DNA of 64,000 bases from an uncultured Acidimicrobiales bacterium (GCA_943788915.1 CALSSD010000013.1:248001-312000), one strand, 5' to 3'; counted from the stretch's first letter, positions 31,713 through 42,328 are shown. The notes: a model not told the origin generated them from the letters alone. Numbers and translations: made by a program.

Positions 31713-31865
31713 CTAGAAAAGTCTGGCGACCAGATCGAGCGCAACACCCATCAAAACCGAGGCAACGACGGCAACGACAACCATAAGGATGATGAGGCCC
31801 GCACGTTCTGACCATCGCCGTGCGGCGGATGCTCCAAGCTTGTCATCTCCACTGAGAGCGCTCAT
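31713..31865 (-). CDS. Small single-TM protein (50 aa), absent from the ORF track
   Basis: MSALSGDDKLGASAARRWSERAGLIILMVVVAVVASVLMGVALDLVARLF; ATGA overlap with the upstream gene. Confidence 0.65.
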   Translation of the reverse strand: MSALSGDDKLGASAARRWSERAGLIILMVVVAVVASVLMGVALDLVARLF

Positions 31866-32977
31866 GCATCGCCACCATGCAGTAGGCCGGCTTCGGTCAG
31901 CTCGGCGACAAACCCAGACCCTGCAAGGCCTTCTGGCCAGTCACGTTCAGCGAGACCGAGTGATTGCCACGAGCGATATCCCGACTCATCGAAGCGGACC
32001 AACGATCCAGTGACCGGCTCATAGACGGCACCTGAACCGTCGATGAAGAGCCATCCGAGCGCACCTTCGACTCGGACACCGGCTTCGTCATCGGCGACGA
32101 CGGTCTGCTCGACCGGTTCACCAGGCGCCTCTGCCTTGCCAGCCAACTCGACTATTGCTTGCAGCTTCTGATCAAGGTCCTGTCCGCCGACGCGGTATCC
32201 CGGCGCCGAGGCCGCAACCGCAAGCATCGCCTCGATGCCAACATCTGCGGCCCGCTCAAGGTCGAGAGAATCGCGGACAAACAACTCAAGCGTCTCCGCG
32301 GTTGTCAGCGGCTCGACATAGAACGCCTCGCTCGCAGCGTCGGGGCAAATAACGAGCGTCGGACGCGACGGGCTGCTGTGGTCTATCGCCCCCAACACTG
32401 TCGGCGATAACTCAAACCGGTCGGCAGCGACGTCAGCGTCCGTTGGGACTTCAACATCTGCAAGATGGTCGAACAACGGCCACGAGTTTCGTCGCAGCGT
32501 GATCGGCCTGGGGTACGACAAGATCTTGCCATCTGGGGTAATACCAACCTGTTCGTCGGAAAGGTAACGCCAACCTTCTGCGACCAACTTTGCTACCAGG
32601 GTTGACTTTCCAGCGAAGGAGCTTCCGATAACCAGCACCACCGAGTGATCATCGCGAACAGCGCCAGCGTGCAGGTGCAAAACCTCAGGCTCGGCATCGA
32701 GCACCGCCCGGTTCAGCTTCCGGGTTACAGCGAGCGCGACTTGGTTCTGATTGGCTTGGCCTCCAACCGGCTTGCCGTCGAAGAGCGCCCGATACATCGG
32801 CTCGGCAGGTGACGACAGATCCGCTCGAACGATGCGCACCGTCAGTATCGGATCCTTGGCCGGCGCGTCGCCAAATCCAGCGAACAACAACTCAAAATCA
32901 TTTAGGATTGAGGCTTCGTCGGTCTCTACCACGACTGCAAGAGGACCCAGCTGCAGTCTGCGTGATTGGAAGGACAT
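31862..32977 (-). CDS. HPr kinase-related P-loop protein with C-terminal PqqD/RRE-like domain
   Basis: LHAGAV, GSSFAGKSTL, YLSDE, YPRPI; C-terminal DGSGAVYEPVTGSLVRFDESGYRSWQSL. Confidence 0.7.
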   Translation of the reverse strand: MSFQSRRLQLGPLAVVVETDEASILNDFELLFAGFGDAPAKDPILTVRIVRADLSSPAEPMYRALFDGKPVGGQANQNQVALAVTRKLNRAVLDAEPEVLHLHAGAVRDDHSVVLVIGSSFAGKSTLVAKLVAEGWRYLSDEQVGITPDGKILSYPRPITLRRNSWPLFDHLADVEVPTDADVAADRFELSPTVLGAIDHSSPSRPTLVICPDAASEAFYVEPLTTAETLELFVRDSLDLERAADVGIEAMLAVAASAPGYRVGGQDLDQKLQAIVELAGKAEAPGEPVEQTVVADDEAGVRVEGALGWLFIDGSGAVYEPVTGSLVRFDESGYRSWQSLGLAERDWPEGLAGSGFVAELTEAGLLHGGDA

Positions 32978-33278
32978 CGTCGGCTCCGAGGGCTAATCGT
33001 CAGGGTGGTGACGATGTTGATTGGATATGCCCGCCGTCATCGAACGCTCCGCTAGGTCTGCGATTGGCTGATGGATGCGGTTCAACGTCCCAAACGACGC
33101 GGTCGTGCGCCTGCTCCGTTGATCACAGTCAAATCATTGGTTCAACCGTTCGAGCTGCACAATTCATGCGTACGAGCACGACGCTCCTCAGTCCGGACGA
33201 AATGAAGGTCGCCATACGTACGCGGTTCTTCTAACGAACCACCCTGTATCGCTCAAGCCAAGGTTGGGCCCATCATGG

Positions 33279-34475
33279 CTATTCGCGATGTGCAGCCCAG
33301 GTGCCAGTGGCAACCAAGAGCGCGACCAGAACCCATGAAATGACCGATGTCGTCTGCAGGAACGACCGAGGGTTGTCGTCGATGAATACCGCAAGCAGTT
33401 GAAGCAACGCTCCGTACGCCAGCCGGCCAGCGAGCGAATTGATGCTGAGCAGGGTGGCTCGATGTTGCGGTTCCGTTCGAGGCGCCACCGCTGCTGAGAT
33501 AAGCACCGGCGCTGCTGCCCCTTGCACGCTCCGAAAGAACATAAGACCAAGAATCACCAACGAAATGGACAGTGCCATACCTGTCACGATCACCGCGGAA
33601 ACCACGCCAAGGCCAATCAGTGTCACCACAGTGCCGAAGCGTTCCCCTGCCGGAGCACTTGCTCGTGCTGCCGCTGCGCCGACGAATGCGGTGATGGCAA
33701 AAAGGCCACCCGAGACAAGCGGGGTTGCACCCAGTTCATCGGGCGATTTGCCGAGTGCTTCTGTTAGCCATGGTTGCATGAGCGTGAACGCCACATGTTC
33801 GAGCACAACAAGCGCAATACCGTAAAAGAACAACCACGCCATGAAACCGTGACGCATGTACGCCAGGCACTTCCCGATCTGGCTTACGAAACGTTCGGCT
33901 CGCACATCGCCGTCGCCTGGCTCATGCAACATCCGGGTGACTGCCAACTGGGCAAGAGCGATTACCAGCGACACGGCAAATGTCAGTCGCAAGTCGATCA
34001 GGCCCAAGACGCCACCAGCGATGGCAGTACCGGCACGGACCAGATAACTCAGCGATGAGATGCGGGCCTGACGCTGTGCATATTCGTCGCTTCGTCCAAG
34101 GGCCTCGAGCGAATCGAAGTGAAAAGACACGTCGGTCCCGGAGATGAACGCGTACCCGCTACTCACAAAGAACTGGCCGAGAACGATCACCCCGAATTGT
34201 TCACCGCCGACAAGGAAACACACTTGGCCGATGGCAAAACCCGCGGCTGCAACCGACAACGTCGGCACCCGGCCCAAACGGTCACTCATCCAGCCCGATG
34301 GCACCTCCAGCGCCACGATAAACAGGTAGGTCAATGAGGCAATCTGCAACGCACCCGAGACGCCAAAATTGTCACGGGTGAAAAGCACGAATACCGGGAG
34401 GTACACCATCGACGAGGCAAGAGCCTGGTGGTACGGGATCAGTTTCAGATTGTGTTCGAGATTGCTGGCGGTCAC
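33279..34475 (-). CDS. MFS transporter
   Basis: About 12 hydrophobic segments, EVPSGWMSDRLGR motif A. Confidence 0.9.
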   Translation of the reverse strand: MTASNLEHNLKLIPYHQALASSMVYLPVFVLFTRDNFGVSGALQIASLTYLFIVALEVPSGWMSDRLGRVPTLSVAAAGFAIGQVCFLVGGEQFGVIVLGQFFVSSGYAFISGTDVSFHFDSLEALGRSDEYAQRQARISSLSYLVRAGTAIAGGVLGLIDLRLTFAVSLVIALAQLAVTRMLHEPGDGDVRAERFVSQIGKCLAYMRHGFMAWLFFYGIALVVLEHVAFTLMQPWLTEALGKSPDELGATPLVSGGLFAITAFVGAAAARASAPAGERFGTVVTLIGLGVVSAVIVTGMALSISLVILGLMFFRSVQGAAAPVLISAAVAPRTEPQHRATLLSINSLAGRLAYGALLQLLAVFIDDNPRSFLQTTSVISWVLVALLVATGTWAAHRE

Positions 34476-35114
34476 TTCGGTGCGAACGAACCATCGAGGA
34501 TGTCGCTCGCTACGTCTCGAACTGCTCGACGCTGGTCCATGGCCCGTTTCTGCACGAAACGCATGGCCTCGGCCTCGCCGAGGCCATGATTATCGATCAA
34601 AACACCTTTTGCACGGTCAAGCAACACCCGATCAGACAACCGTTGATGCAAGCTGTCGACTTCGTCTGCTAGTTCCTTCATTTGCTGGTGCCTGGCCCGA
34701 GCCACCCCGATCTGCACCGAGATCTCGTTGCGCTGAAACGGCTTGATCAGATACGCAAGCACGCCTGCATCGATCGCTTCTTCGACTAGTCCCCTTTGGC
34801 TGAACGCGCTGAGGATGACCACTGCGCACACAAGGTCGTCGGTGAGCGATCGAGCGACCTCGATCCCCGTCCTTCCTGGCATCTTGATGTCGAGGATGGC
34901 GACGTCGGGCACCAACTCGCGGATCTGCGGTTTCGGCATCGTCGCCCCGGGCTGCCTGGCCCACAACCTCGAAACCCCATCGCGCTCAACGTCTCCACGA
35001 TGTCGAGCCGAATAATCGCCTCGTCTTCAGCGACGAACACCCGGATGCCGTGGCCCGCAGTCGACTCTGAGTCGGTGCCGGCGGCAACAGGTACGGGGAA
35101 ATGGGATCGCTCAT
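34472..35114 (-). CDS. ANTAR-domain response regulator (PdtaR-like) with three apparent indels
   Basis: VAEDEAIIRLD, DIKMP receiver; DRAKGVL...AMRFVQKRAMD ANTAR; shifts at ~35095, ~34975, ~34930. Confidence 0.85.
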
Positions 35115-35399
35115 CGTGCGTTGAAGGTGTCGAGCAACTCGTCCTGGCGGACTTCGAGTCGGGCGATCTCGGCTTGCAACTCGTCGCGATTGCGTCGATT
35201 CACTTCAACCTGACGCCGGGCCTGCTCATGTTCCTTCTGCGCTACCGGTGTCTCCGACACGAGCGATCGGAGGCGGGCCTCGCCGGCTTCGTAGTCCACC
35301 TGCATCAGTGCCTGCTCGGCTACGGCAAGGTCGGTGCGCAAGTGCCTTGAGTCGCTTGCCGACGTCAGCAAGTTGTCGCTCTATACGTGACCGCACCAT
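35111..35399 (-). CDS. Coiled-coil hypothetical protein (~95 aa) with one apparent indel
   Basis: MVRSRIERQLADVGKRLKAL joins RTDLAVAEQ...RSLVSETP...QDELLD across a shift at ~35340. Confidence 0.7.
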
Positions 35400-35523
35400 C
35401 GTTGTGAGCCATACTCGCTGCTTGTGGACTCCCCGAACACGGCTCGGACCAGCAGCAGAAGCCAGGGCTTCGATGCGGGTGGTGTTGGAAGTCGCGTGGT
35501 TGCTCGACGGGATCCGACCAGAA

Positions 35524-36523
35524 TTATGACGACATCCGGACTCGGTGCTGTCTTGCGGTGAGCGAGTGGACCTCTCCGAAGATCGGATGAAGTTCGCCCG
35601 GACGGTCATCGGCGAGAGCGTGGACGGGCTGCGACCAGCGCCGTGCTCCAGGCTTGAGATGGGGCCACGAGACCTGTAGTGCCCTTAGTCCGGGTGCAGC
35701 AGCATCGGCAGGAATTCTGAGTTTGACCGAGGTCCAAGTGGTGCTCACCGAGGCGATTGCTGACCAAGCCCCAACGGTGACTTGTATCTCACCAGGAGCG
35801 CGCACACGACAGATCAGACGAACCTCAAGGACGGCGGTTCCGTCGAGTTGCACGACGAACTCGGTGGTAGGCCACACGGCTCGCAGGAAACCCCGGTTCG
35901 TCGAACCCGGTTGGTCGTCGGTCCAAAGCGCCTGCCCAGGGCGGAGTTCCGCCGGAGGTGAAGTCGGTTCGATTTGTGCGGTAGTACCGACGACATCGGC
36001 GACCGCTGCGACCACCACCTCGATCCCCCGTGTGGTGGCAGTAATCGAGGAACCAGGTTCGGTCAGGCTCGCCACTACCCATCGAGCCGATCAGAGCGGG
36101 AACGTCGACCGATGCAAACCCGTGGTCGTCGACCCACTCGCGCAGCAACTGTTGGATCTCGCGCGAAGCCATCGGGCTGGTCGTCACCGCCCGGAGCGGT
36201 CCGCAAGCGGCGCCAACCTCGTTGCGATAGCGGGCGAGTTGGTTCGGGCCAGGTTCCTCGGTCGACCCTGCGAGGCGTCGGCTCGTGGCCGTTGCCGAAT
36301 CATCGAGCGCACACAGGCGAGGTGCATCGAGGTTCGCAAGCGCGTCATGCCAGTCGGACTCGCGGCCGTTTGGAAGCACCGGAGATGGCTGGTGACTCTG
36401 CCAATCGACGAGGTTGACCTCAGGAATGGTCCCGATAAGTCGGACGGCGGCATGACGAGCCCGAGTTGCGAGTTTTTCGAGCCGAGGCAGCACGAACCGG
36501 CGTGATGTGAGTGGCCGATTCAC
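35524..36523 (-). CDS. Hypothetical protein, probably one gene split by an indel at ~36027
   Basis: ORFs 35825-36523 and 35524-36075 join at a G-run (HHTG/GIEVVV). Confidence 0.45.
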
Positions 36524-36778
36524 GGCCGTACGACCCAGACGGCCAAAACGGAAAACCGTTACACGTCGAATCGTCGCAGTATGCGGTCTACCGATGCTGG
36601 CCGACGCGAGTTCAGCGATGTGCCCACGCCCGTGCTTCTTGCACCGGGCGATTTCGGACTTGGATAACGCCGCACGTGGCCCTAGCCACCGAGAGCCATG
36701 GGACTCCGACTCGTCTGACCCTTACGAGGCTCAATCAGGCTAGCTCAGGTTTCAGTGCGCCGGCACCGAAACTGCTTG

Positions 36779-36861
36779 TACCCGGAGCGGGACTTGAACC
36801 CGCACGTCCAATGGACATCGGATTTTGAATCCGACGCGTCTGCCAATTCCGCCATCCGGGC
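36779..36861 (-). tRNA. tRNA-Leu (CAA)
   Basis: GCCCGGA acceptor stem, TCGGA-TTCAAAA-TCCGA anticodon arm, long variable arm, GGTTCAAGTCC; CCA not encoded. Confidence 0.96.
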
Positions 36862-37026
36862 TTGGATTTGGTAGCCAGAGCGTAGCGGATCGAAGTCGCC
36901 GCGCCGAGGCGATTCAACTCTCTTTTGTCGTTAGCTGCATCTGAGACACAAAACGTGAAACCATAGGGTGGTCGCTCAGGTCCGAAGAGCGAACGTTTAA
37001 CTACAGCAGCGGGTGGAACCACATTC

Positions 37027-38193
37027 ATGATTGCCTTTCTCTATCCGGGTCAGGGCTCACAACATGCCGGCATGGGCGCGGCATGGCGTCAGCACGACTC
37101 CTGGGAACTCGTCGTCGAAGCAAGTGACGCGACCGGCCGCGATGTCGGCCACCTATTGCTTGAAGCAGGCGACGATGAACTGCGTGAGACCCGTAACTCC
37201 CAACTCGCCACTTTTGTGACCTCCATGGTTGCATTCGACGCGGTAAGCCGACTTGGCATAGAAACCAGCGGCCACGCTGGCCACAGCCTGGGCGAATACA
37301 CCGCGCTTGCTGCCTCAGGTGTCCTCGACTTCTACGACGCAGTGCGCCTGGTTGCTGAACGGGGCGAAGCTATGCAGGCCGCTGCCGATGAACACGACGG
37401 CACCATGGCAGCAATCATCGGGCTCGACGACGACGCGGTCGAAGCTGCAGTCGCTGGAGTCGACGACTGCTGGGTTGCCAACTACAACACGCCCGGCCAG
37501 GTTGTCATCGCCGGTGGACCAGCCGGGGTCGAAGCCGGCGGCATCGCCTGTAAAGAAGCCGGCGCCAAACGAGTCATGGCACTCACGGTTGGCGGCGCCT
37601 TCCATACCCCACACATGGGCCCTGCCCAGGAACGCCTTGACAAGGCACTCGCCCAAACCGACTTTCGGGCCCCAGACCACCCCGTCTATGCCAATGTCGA
37701 TGGCGAAGCCCACACCACCGCAGCACCATGGCAACAGCTCCTCCATGACCAACTGACCGGTTCGGTTCGTTGGAGCCGCACGCTTGCGGCGATGGTCGAC
37801 GCTGGTTATGCGACCTTCGTCGAAATCGGGCCTGGCACCGCATTAACCGGCATGGTCAAACGCACTGCTCGGGCGAGCGAACGAATAAACGTCACGGCGC
37901 CGGGAGATCTCGATGCGTTACTCGAGGCCCTGGGTGCCCGTGACACCAGCGAACCCGCCGAGGGTGAACATCTCTACGTCACTGAACGTCTGGTCGTCAG
38001 CCCAGCAGCGGGTGTCTTCGTGCCTGAAACCGAGGTCGGCGCGGGCGCCGTCCTGCAAACGGGCTCGCTCATTGGCACGGTTGGCGAGGCACCAGTTCTC
38101 TCAGCATTCGCCGGCCAACTCATCGAGTTTCTGGCCCTTCCTGGCGAACGGGTGCAGCTAGCTCAACCGATTGCCTGGTTGCGATCGTCATGA
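37027..38193 (+). CDS. fabD: Malonyl-CoA:ACP transacylase with C-terminal biotinyl/lipoyl-like domain
   Basis: PGQGSQ, GHSLGEY, GGAFH, EIGPG plus ~75 extra residues. Confidence 0.93.
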   Translation: MIAFLYPGQGSQHAGMGAAWRQHDSWELVVEASDATGRDVGHLLLEAGDDELRETRNSQLATFVTSMVAFDAVSRLGIETSGHAGHSLGEYTALAASGVLDFYDAVRLVAERGEAMQAAADEHDGTMAAIIGLDDDAVEAAVAGVDDCWVANYNTPGQVVIAGGPAGVEAGGIACKEAGAKRVMALTVGGAFHTPHMGPAQERLDKALAQTDFRAPDHPVYANVDGEAHTTAAPWQQLLHDQLTGSVRWSRTLAAMVDAGYATFVEIGPGTALTGMVKRTARASERINVTAPGDLDALLEALGARDTSEPAEGEHLYVTERLVVSPAAGVFVPETEVGAGAVLQTGSLIGTVGEAPVLSAFAGQLIEFLALPGERVQLAQPIAWLRSS

Positions 38194-39136
38194 CCGGCGG
38201 CCGCGGACGCGGTTCTCGGGTTACCGGGTGGGCAAGTGCCCTGCCAGACAACATCGTGACCAATCATGATCTTGCAAAGACCTTAGACACCAGTCACGAG
38301 TGGATCGTCGAACGTACCGGTATCCACACCCGCCATATCGGAGGTACCACCCACAGCTTGTCTGTCGAGTCAGGTCAAGCTGCCATTACCTCCGCTGGTC
38401 TGACCGCAGACGACATCGACATGGTGGTGTTGGCCACGACAACACCTGACAAGCAGTGCCCGGCAACTGCATCGACCGTGCAAGATGCTCTGGGGATTCG
38501 CGGCGGAGCGTTCGACATCCAGGCCGCGTGTTCCGGCTTCGTGTATGGCCTCGCCGTGGCCGACGGCATGATCGCAACCGGAGCGGAGCATGTGTTGGTC
38601 ATCGGCACCGACACACTGAGCAACATCACCGACTGGACCGACCGCGGGACTGCCATCTTGTTTGCCGACGGTTCTGGGGCAATGGTGGTCTCCGCTACCG
38701 ATGGACCTGGCAATATTCTGGCCTGTTCGCTTGGCTCCGACGGCTCACTTGAGAAACTGCTGTACGCCGAACACCACGGCGGCAACCTTGTCATGAACGG
38801 ACGCGAGGTCTTCCGCAAGGCCGTCACCGTCATGGTCGGCACCAGCAACGATGCCATGGCCAAAGCGGGCGTGACGATCGACGACATCTCTCTCGTCGTG
38901 CCCCACCAAGCAAACATCCGAATCATCGAGGCTCGCATGTAAGCGGCTACGAGCTGCCAATGGACATGGTCGCGGTGTGTCTCGACCACACCGGCAACAC
39001 CTCGTCAGCCTCTATTCCGCTCGCATTTGTCGAGGCCGAAGCAGCCGGACGCATCCAACCAGGCGAACTTGTATTGATGACCGGTTTCGGTGCCGGTATG
39101 AGTTCTGCCTCCGCTGTTCTACGGTGGGGGCCATGA
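38190..39136 (+). CDS. fabH: 3-oxoacyl-ACP synthase III with apparent indels at ~38934 and ~38950
   Basis: AACSGF, HQANIRI; GNTSSASIP and GFGAG continue in another frame to a stop overlapping fabG. Confidence 0.9.
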
Positions 39137-39861
39137 GCGACGCATCTCCTTCCCGTGTAGCCCTCGTAACCGGCGGCTCCCGCGGCATTGGTCTTGCTAT
39201 TGCCGCACGGTTGGCGGCCACCGGTCACCGGGTCGCTGTCACCTACAACTCCACTCCCCCAGCCGAAGCCGAAGAGCTCGGACTCCTAGCTGTGCAGGCC
39301 GACGTGACCAATGTCGACCAGCTCGACGCGGCATTCTCATTGGTCGAGGAGCAACTCGGACCAGTAGAAATCCTGGTAGCGAACGCAGGCATCACCCGCG
39401 ACAACCTCGTGCTGCGCATGTCCGACGACGACTTCACGTCAGTCATCGAGACCAACCTGACCGGCACCTATCGAGCATCAAAGCGAGCAATCAGGAACAT
39501 GATGCGAGGCCGCTGGGGACGCATCATTTTCATCTCATCTGTCGTCGGTCTTGGCGGTCAGGCAGGGCAAGCCAACTATGCAGCGTCCAAGGCAGGACTT
39601 GTTGGACTCGGACGTTCCCTCGCCAAAGAATTCGCATCACGTAACGTAACAGTGAATATCGTCGCACCCGGGCCCATCGACACCGATATGCTCGCTGCGC
39701 TGAACGAAGATCAACACGCTCAGATCCTTGACCTGGTACCGCTCGGACGCATCGGACACCCCGATGAAATCGCAGCGGCAGTGACCTTCCTCGCTAGCGA
39801 GGACGCCGGTTTTATTACTGGCGCTGTCCTACCAGTCGATGGTGGCCTGAGCATGGGGTAA
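39133..39861 (+). CDS. fabG: 3-oxoacyl-ACP reductase
   Basis: TGGSRGIG, NAGITRD, NYAASKAG. Confidence 0.95.
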   Translation: MSDASPSRVALVTGGSRGIGLAIAARLAATGHRVAVTYNSTPPAEAEELGLLAVQADVTNVDQLDAAFSLVEEQLGPVEILVANAGITRDNLVLRMSDDDFTSVIETNLTGTYRASKRAIRNMMRGRWGRIIFISSVVGLGGQAGQANYAASKAGLVGLGRSLAKEFASRNVTVNIVAPGPIDTDMLAALNEDQHAQILDLVPLGRIGHPDEIAAAVTFLASEDAGFITGAVLPVDGGLSMG

Positions 39862-39898
39862 CTCCCCACATCAAAGTGAACCTGAAAAGAGAGAAATC

Positions 39899-40138
39899 AT
39901 GAGCGACGAAGCCAACTTTGAACGTTTTAAGAAGTGCGCCATCGAGGTGCTCGCTGTCGAAGGCGACAAGATCACCAAAGAGGCCAGCTTCGCTGACGAC
40001 CTCGATGCCGACAGCCTCGACCTCGTTGAGCTCGTCATGGCTCTCGAAGAAGAATTCGATGTTGCGGTCGACGAGGACGAACTCGAAGGCGTCGACACAG
40101 TCGGCAAAGCCTACGAACTCGTTACCGGCAAACTCTAA
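39899..40138 (+). CDS. acpP: Acyl carrier protein
   Basis: DLDADSLDLVEL. Confidence 0.96.
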   Translation: MSDEANFERFKKCAIEVLAVEGDKITKEASFADDLDADSLDLVELVMALEEEFDVAVDEDELEGVDTVGKAYELVTGKL

Positions 40139-41316
40139 TGTCACAGCGCCGTGTGGTTATCACGGGCGCTTCCGCAGTCGCTACGGCGGGCCTCGGCCGC
40201 GAAGCATTCTTTGATGGTCTGCTCGCTCCCGCGCCCGACGAACGACCGCGCAACGTCCACGAACTCGATCTCACCGCCTATTTCGAGACGAAGGAAGCCC
40301 GCCGGCTTGATCGGCATGCACAGTTCGCCTTGATCGCTGCTGCCGAGGCGCTGGCCGAGGCGGGCGACCTGCCGTATGACCCCGAACGTATTGGTTCCCT
40401 TGTGGGAACCGGCGTTGGCGGCATGCGCACGTTCGAAGAACAGGTGCTCGTGCAACACGAGAAGGGTTCACGTCGAGTGAGCCCGTTTCTGATTCCGATG
40501 ATGATGGCGAATGCCTCATCGGCACACATCTCCATGAAGTACGGCTTCGAGGGCCCGTGTGAGACCACGGTGACCGCATGCGCAGCAAGTAACCAGAGCA
40601 TTGGCAACGCGCTCAATATGATCCGGTGGGATCGATGCGACGCCATGGTCACGGGCGGCACCGAAAGTTCCACCACCGTTGTAGGTCTCGCTGGCTTTCA
40701 GAACATGACAGCGCTGTCCAGTTCGGGCCAGAGCCGACCATTTGATGCTGACCGCGACGGCTTCATTGCCGCCGAAGCAGCGGGTGTGTTGGTGATCGAA
40801 GAACTCGAAGGAGCCAAGGCCCGTGGTGCCACCATCCTGGCTGAGATCCTTGGGTACGCAACGACTGCCGACGCTCATCACATCACCGCACCGTCACCTG
40901 GCGGTGTTGGTGCAATCAAGTGCATGACCCGTGCCATTGCTGACGCTGGTTTACAGCCCAGCGATATCGCCTATGTCAACGCCCATGGCACATCTACGCC
41001 GCTCAACGACGCTGCAGAGGCCCAGGCATGTGCCCAACTGTTTGGCACGCCCGGGCCCTATGTGACCTCTATCAAGGGCGTCACCGGCCATTCACTGGGT
41101 GCTGCAGGGGCGATCGAGGCAGTCTCTGTTGTCGAATCAATGATCCGGGGCATCATTCCACCGACGGCCAACACCACCGCAGTCGATCCGGAGCTCCCGC
41201 CGATCAATGTGGTACTCGGCCAAGGCCAAGAGTGGACACCTGGTCCGACGATCTCAAACTCGTTCGGCTTTGGTGGCCACAACGCCAGCCTGGTCTTCGG
41301 CCCGGCACCGCACTAA
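40138..41316 (+). CDS. fabF: 3-oxoacyl-ACP synthase II
   Basis: TACAAS, NAHGTST, GHSLGAAG, NSFGFGG. Confidence 0.95.
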   Translation: MSQRRVVITGASAVATAGLGREAFFDGLLAPAPDERPRNVHELDLTAYFETKEARRLDRHAQFALIAAAEALAEAGDLPYDPERIGSLVGTGVGGMRTFEEQVLVQHEKGSRRVSPFLIPMMMANASSAHISMKYGFEGPCETTVTACAASNQSIGNALNMIRWDRCDAMVTGGTESSTTVVGLAGFQNMTALSSSGQSRPFDADRDGFIAAEAAGVLVIEELEGAKARGATILAEILGYATTADAHHITAPSPGGVGAIKCMTRAIADAGLQPSDIAYVNAHGTSTPLNDAAEAQACAQLFGTPGPYVTSIKGVTGHSLGAAGAIEAVSVVESMIRGIIPPTANTTAVDPELPPINVVLGQGQEWTPGPTISNSFGFGGHNASLVFGPAPH

Positions 41317-41333
41317 CTCAAACGATCACTGGG

Positions 41334-41368
41334 GGCCAGCAGCTTGCGCTGCTGGCCTTTCTTGTTTT
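41334..41368 (+). terminator. Intrinsic terminator of the fab operon
   Basis: GGCCAGCAGC-TTGC-GCTGCTGGCC followed by TTTCTTGTTTT. Confidence 0.85.
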
Positions 41369-41391
41369 CCGCCGAAGTGAATGTGGAACCT

Positions 41392-41433
41392 TTGGTCTGA
41401 CCAGCACGTGAGTTGGCCTGACCAGCACGTGAG
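41392..41433. repeat. 21-bp tandem duplication
   Basis: TTGGTCTGACCAGCACGTGAG / TTGGCCTGACCAGCACGTGAG. Confidence 0.85.
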
Positions 41434-41509
41434 CAGTCCTGCACCGAGCGTGCCTGTCATCCTCGCTTCGGCGGTGCGGCCTGGCTAGGGCTCTAGTGTG
41501 CAGGCAATC

Positions 41510-41941
41510 TCAGACATCGACGCCGACGAACATCAACTCACAACTACAGGCGACCTGGCCATCGACCAGGGCCTTGCCACTGGCTTTGCCAGCGCGGGCC
41601 GACATGCGGGTAACGGTGAGTTCGAGATCGAGTCGTTCACCCGGCAGAACCTGGCGACGGAACTTGGCCTTGTCGAGCCCGCCGAAAAGTGGGATCTTGC
41701 CAGCGAAGCTTTCACCGTGCAGCACGGCATAGGCCCCGAGTTGAGCGATGGACTCGGCCATGAGCACACCTGGAAGCGTTGGGCGACCAGGAAAGTGGCC
41801 AGCAAAGAACGGTAAGTCATCGCCAGGAATCCAGAAGCCCTTTGCCGAAACACCCGGCTCCAACTCGGTGACCTCATCCAGAAACAGGAATGGGTCTCGA
41901 TGAGGAATGACATCAGTTGGGTGCGGGAGTGCATTGGTCAT
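41510..41941 (-). CDS. fabZ: 3-hydroxyacyl-ACP dehydratase
   Basis: IPHRDPFLFLD, GHFPGRPTLPGV. Confidence 0.93.
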   Translation of the reverse strand: MTNALPHPTDVIPHRDPFLFLDEVTELEPGVSAKGFWIPGDDLPFFAGHFPGRPTLPGVLMAESIAQLGAYAVLHGESFAGKIPLFGGLDKAKFRRQVLPGERLDLELTVTRMSARAGKASGKALVDGQVACSCELMFVGVDV

Positions 41942-41986
41942 GAAGCGAATCTAGTGCGGCTCCTGACGCTCAAGCGTCAAAACAGT

Positions 41987-42016
41987 AAAAGGGTCTGGGC
42001 GAACCCAGACCCTTTT
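41987..42016 (-). terminator. Intrinsic (bidirectional-type) terminator after HU
   Basis: AAAAGGGTCTGGG-CGAA-CCCAGACCCTTTT. Confidence 0.9.
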
Positions 42017-42046
42017 GCTGTTCAGTTGTAGTTCTCTACGAGAGAG

Positions 42047-42328
42047 TTACTTGCCCTTGGCAGCGTTCTTCAGCTTCGAACCTGCAGAGACCTTGACGCC
42101 CTTGGTGGCGGCAATCTGGATGGTCTCGCCGGTGCGAGGGTTACGGCCCGTACGAGGTGCACGGGTGGTCTGCTGGAATGAGATCCAGCCAGGGATGGTG
42201 ATCTTGTCATCGGTTCGGGCAACGTGCTCGGCGACGACCTCGAACATGCCGCTGATAGCGGCGTCGATATCAGACTTGGTCATCTCGGTCTTGGCAGCAA
42301 TTGCTTCGACCAGTTCAGACTTATTCAT
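42047..42328 (-). CDS. hup: HU family DNA-binding protein
   Basis: MNKSELVEAIA, RTGRNPRTGE. Confidence 0.95.
   Translation of the reverse strand: MNKSELVEAIAAKTEMTKSDIDAAISGMFEVVAEHVARTDDKITIPGWISFQQTTRAPRTGRNPRTGETIQIAATKGVKVSAGSKLKNAAKGK

Noticed and set aside
32978..33278. Lasso/RiPP precursor upstream of the kinase-RRE gene
   Set aside because: Only short ORFs (e.g. MTAGISNQHRHHPDD) without a lasso leader motif; no cyclase or peptidase nearby
35524..36861. Integrative element at tRNA-Leu
   Set aside because: No integrase and no duplicated tRNA 3' end seen in the window
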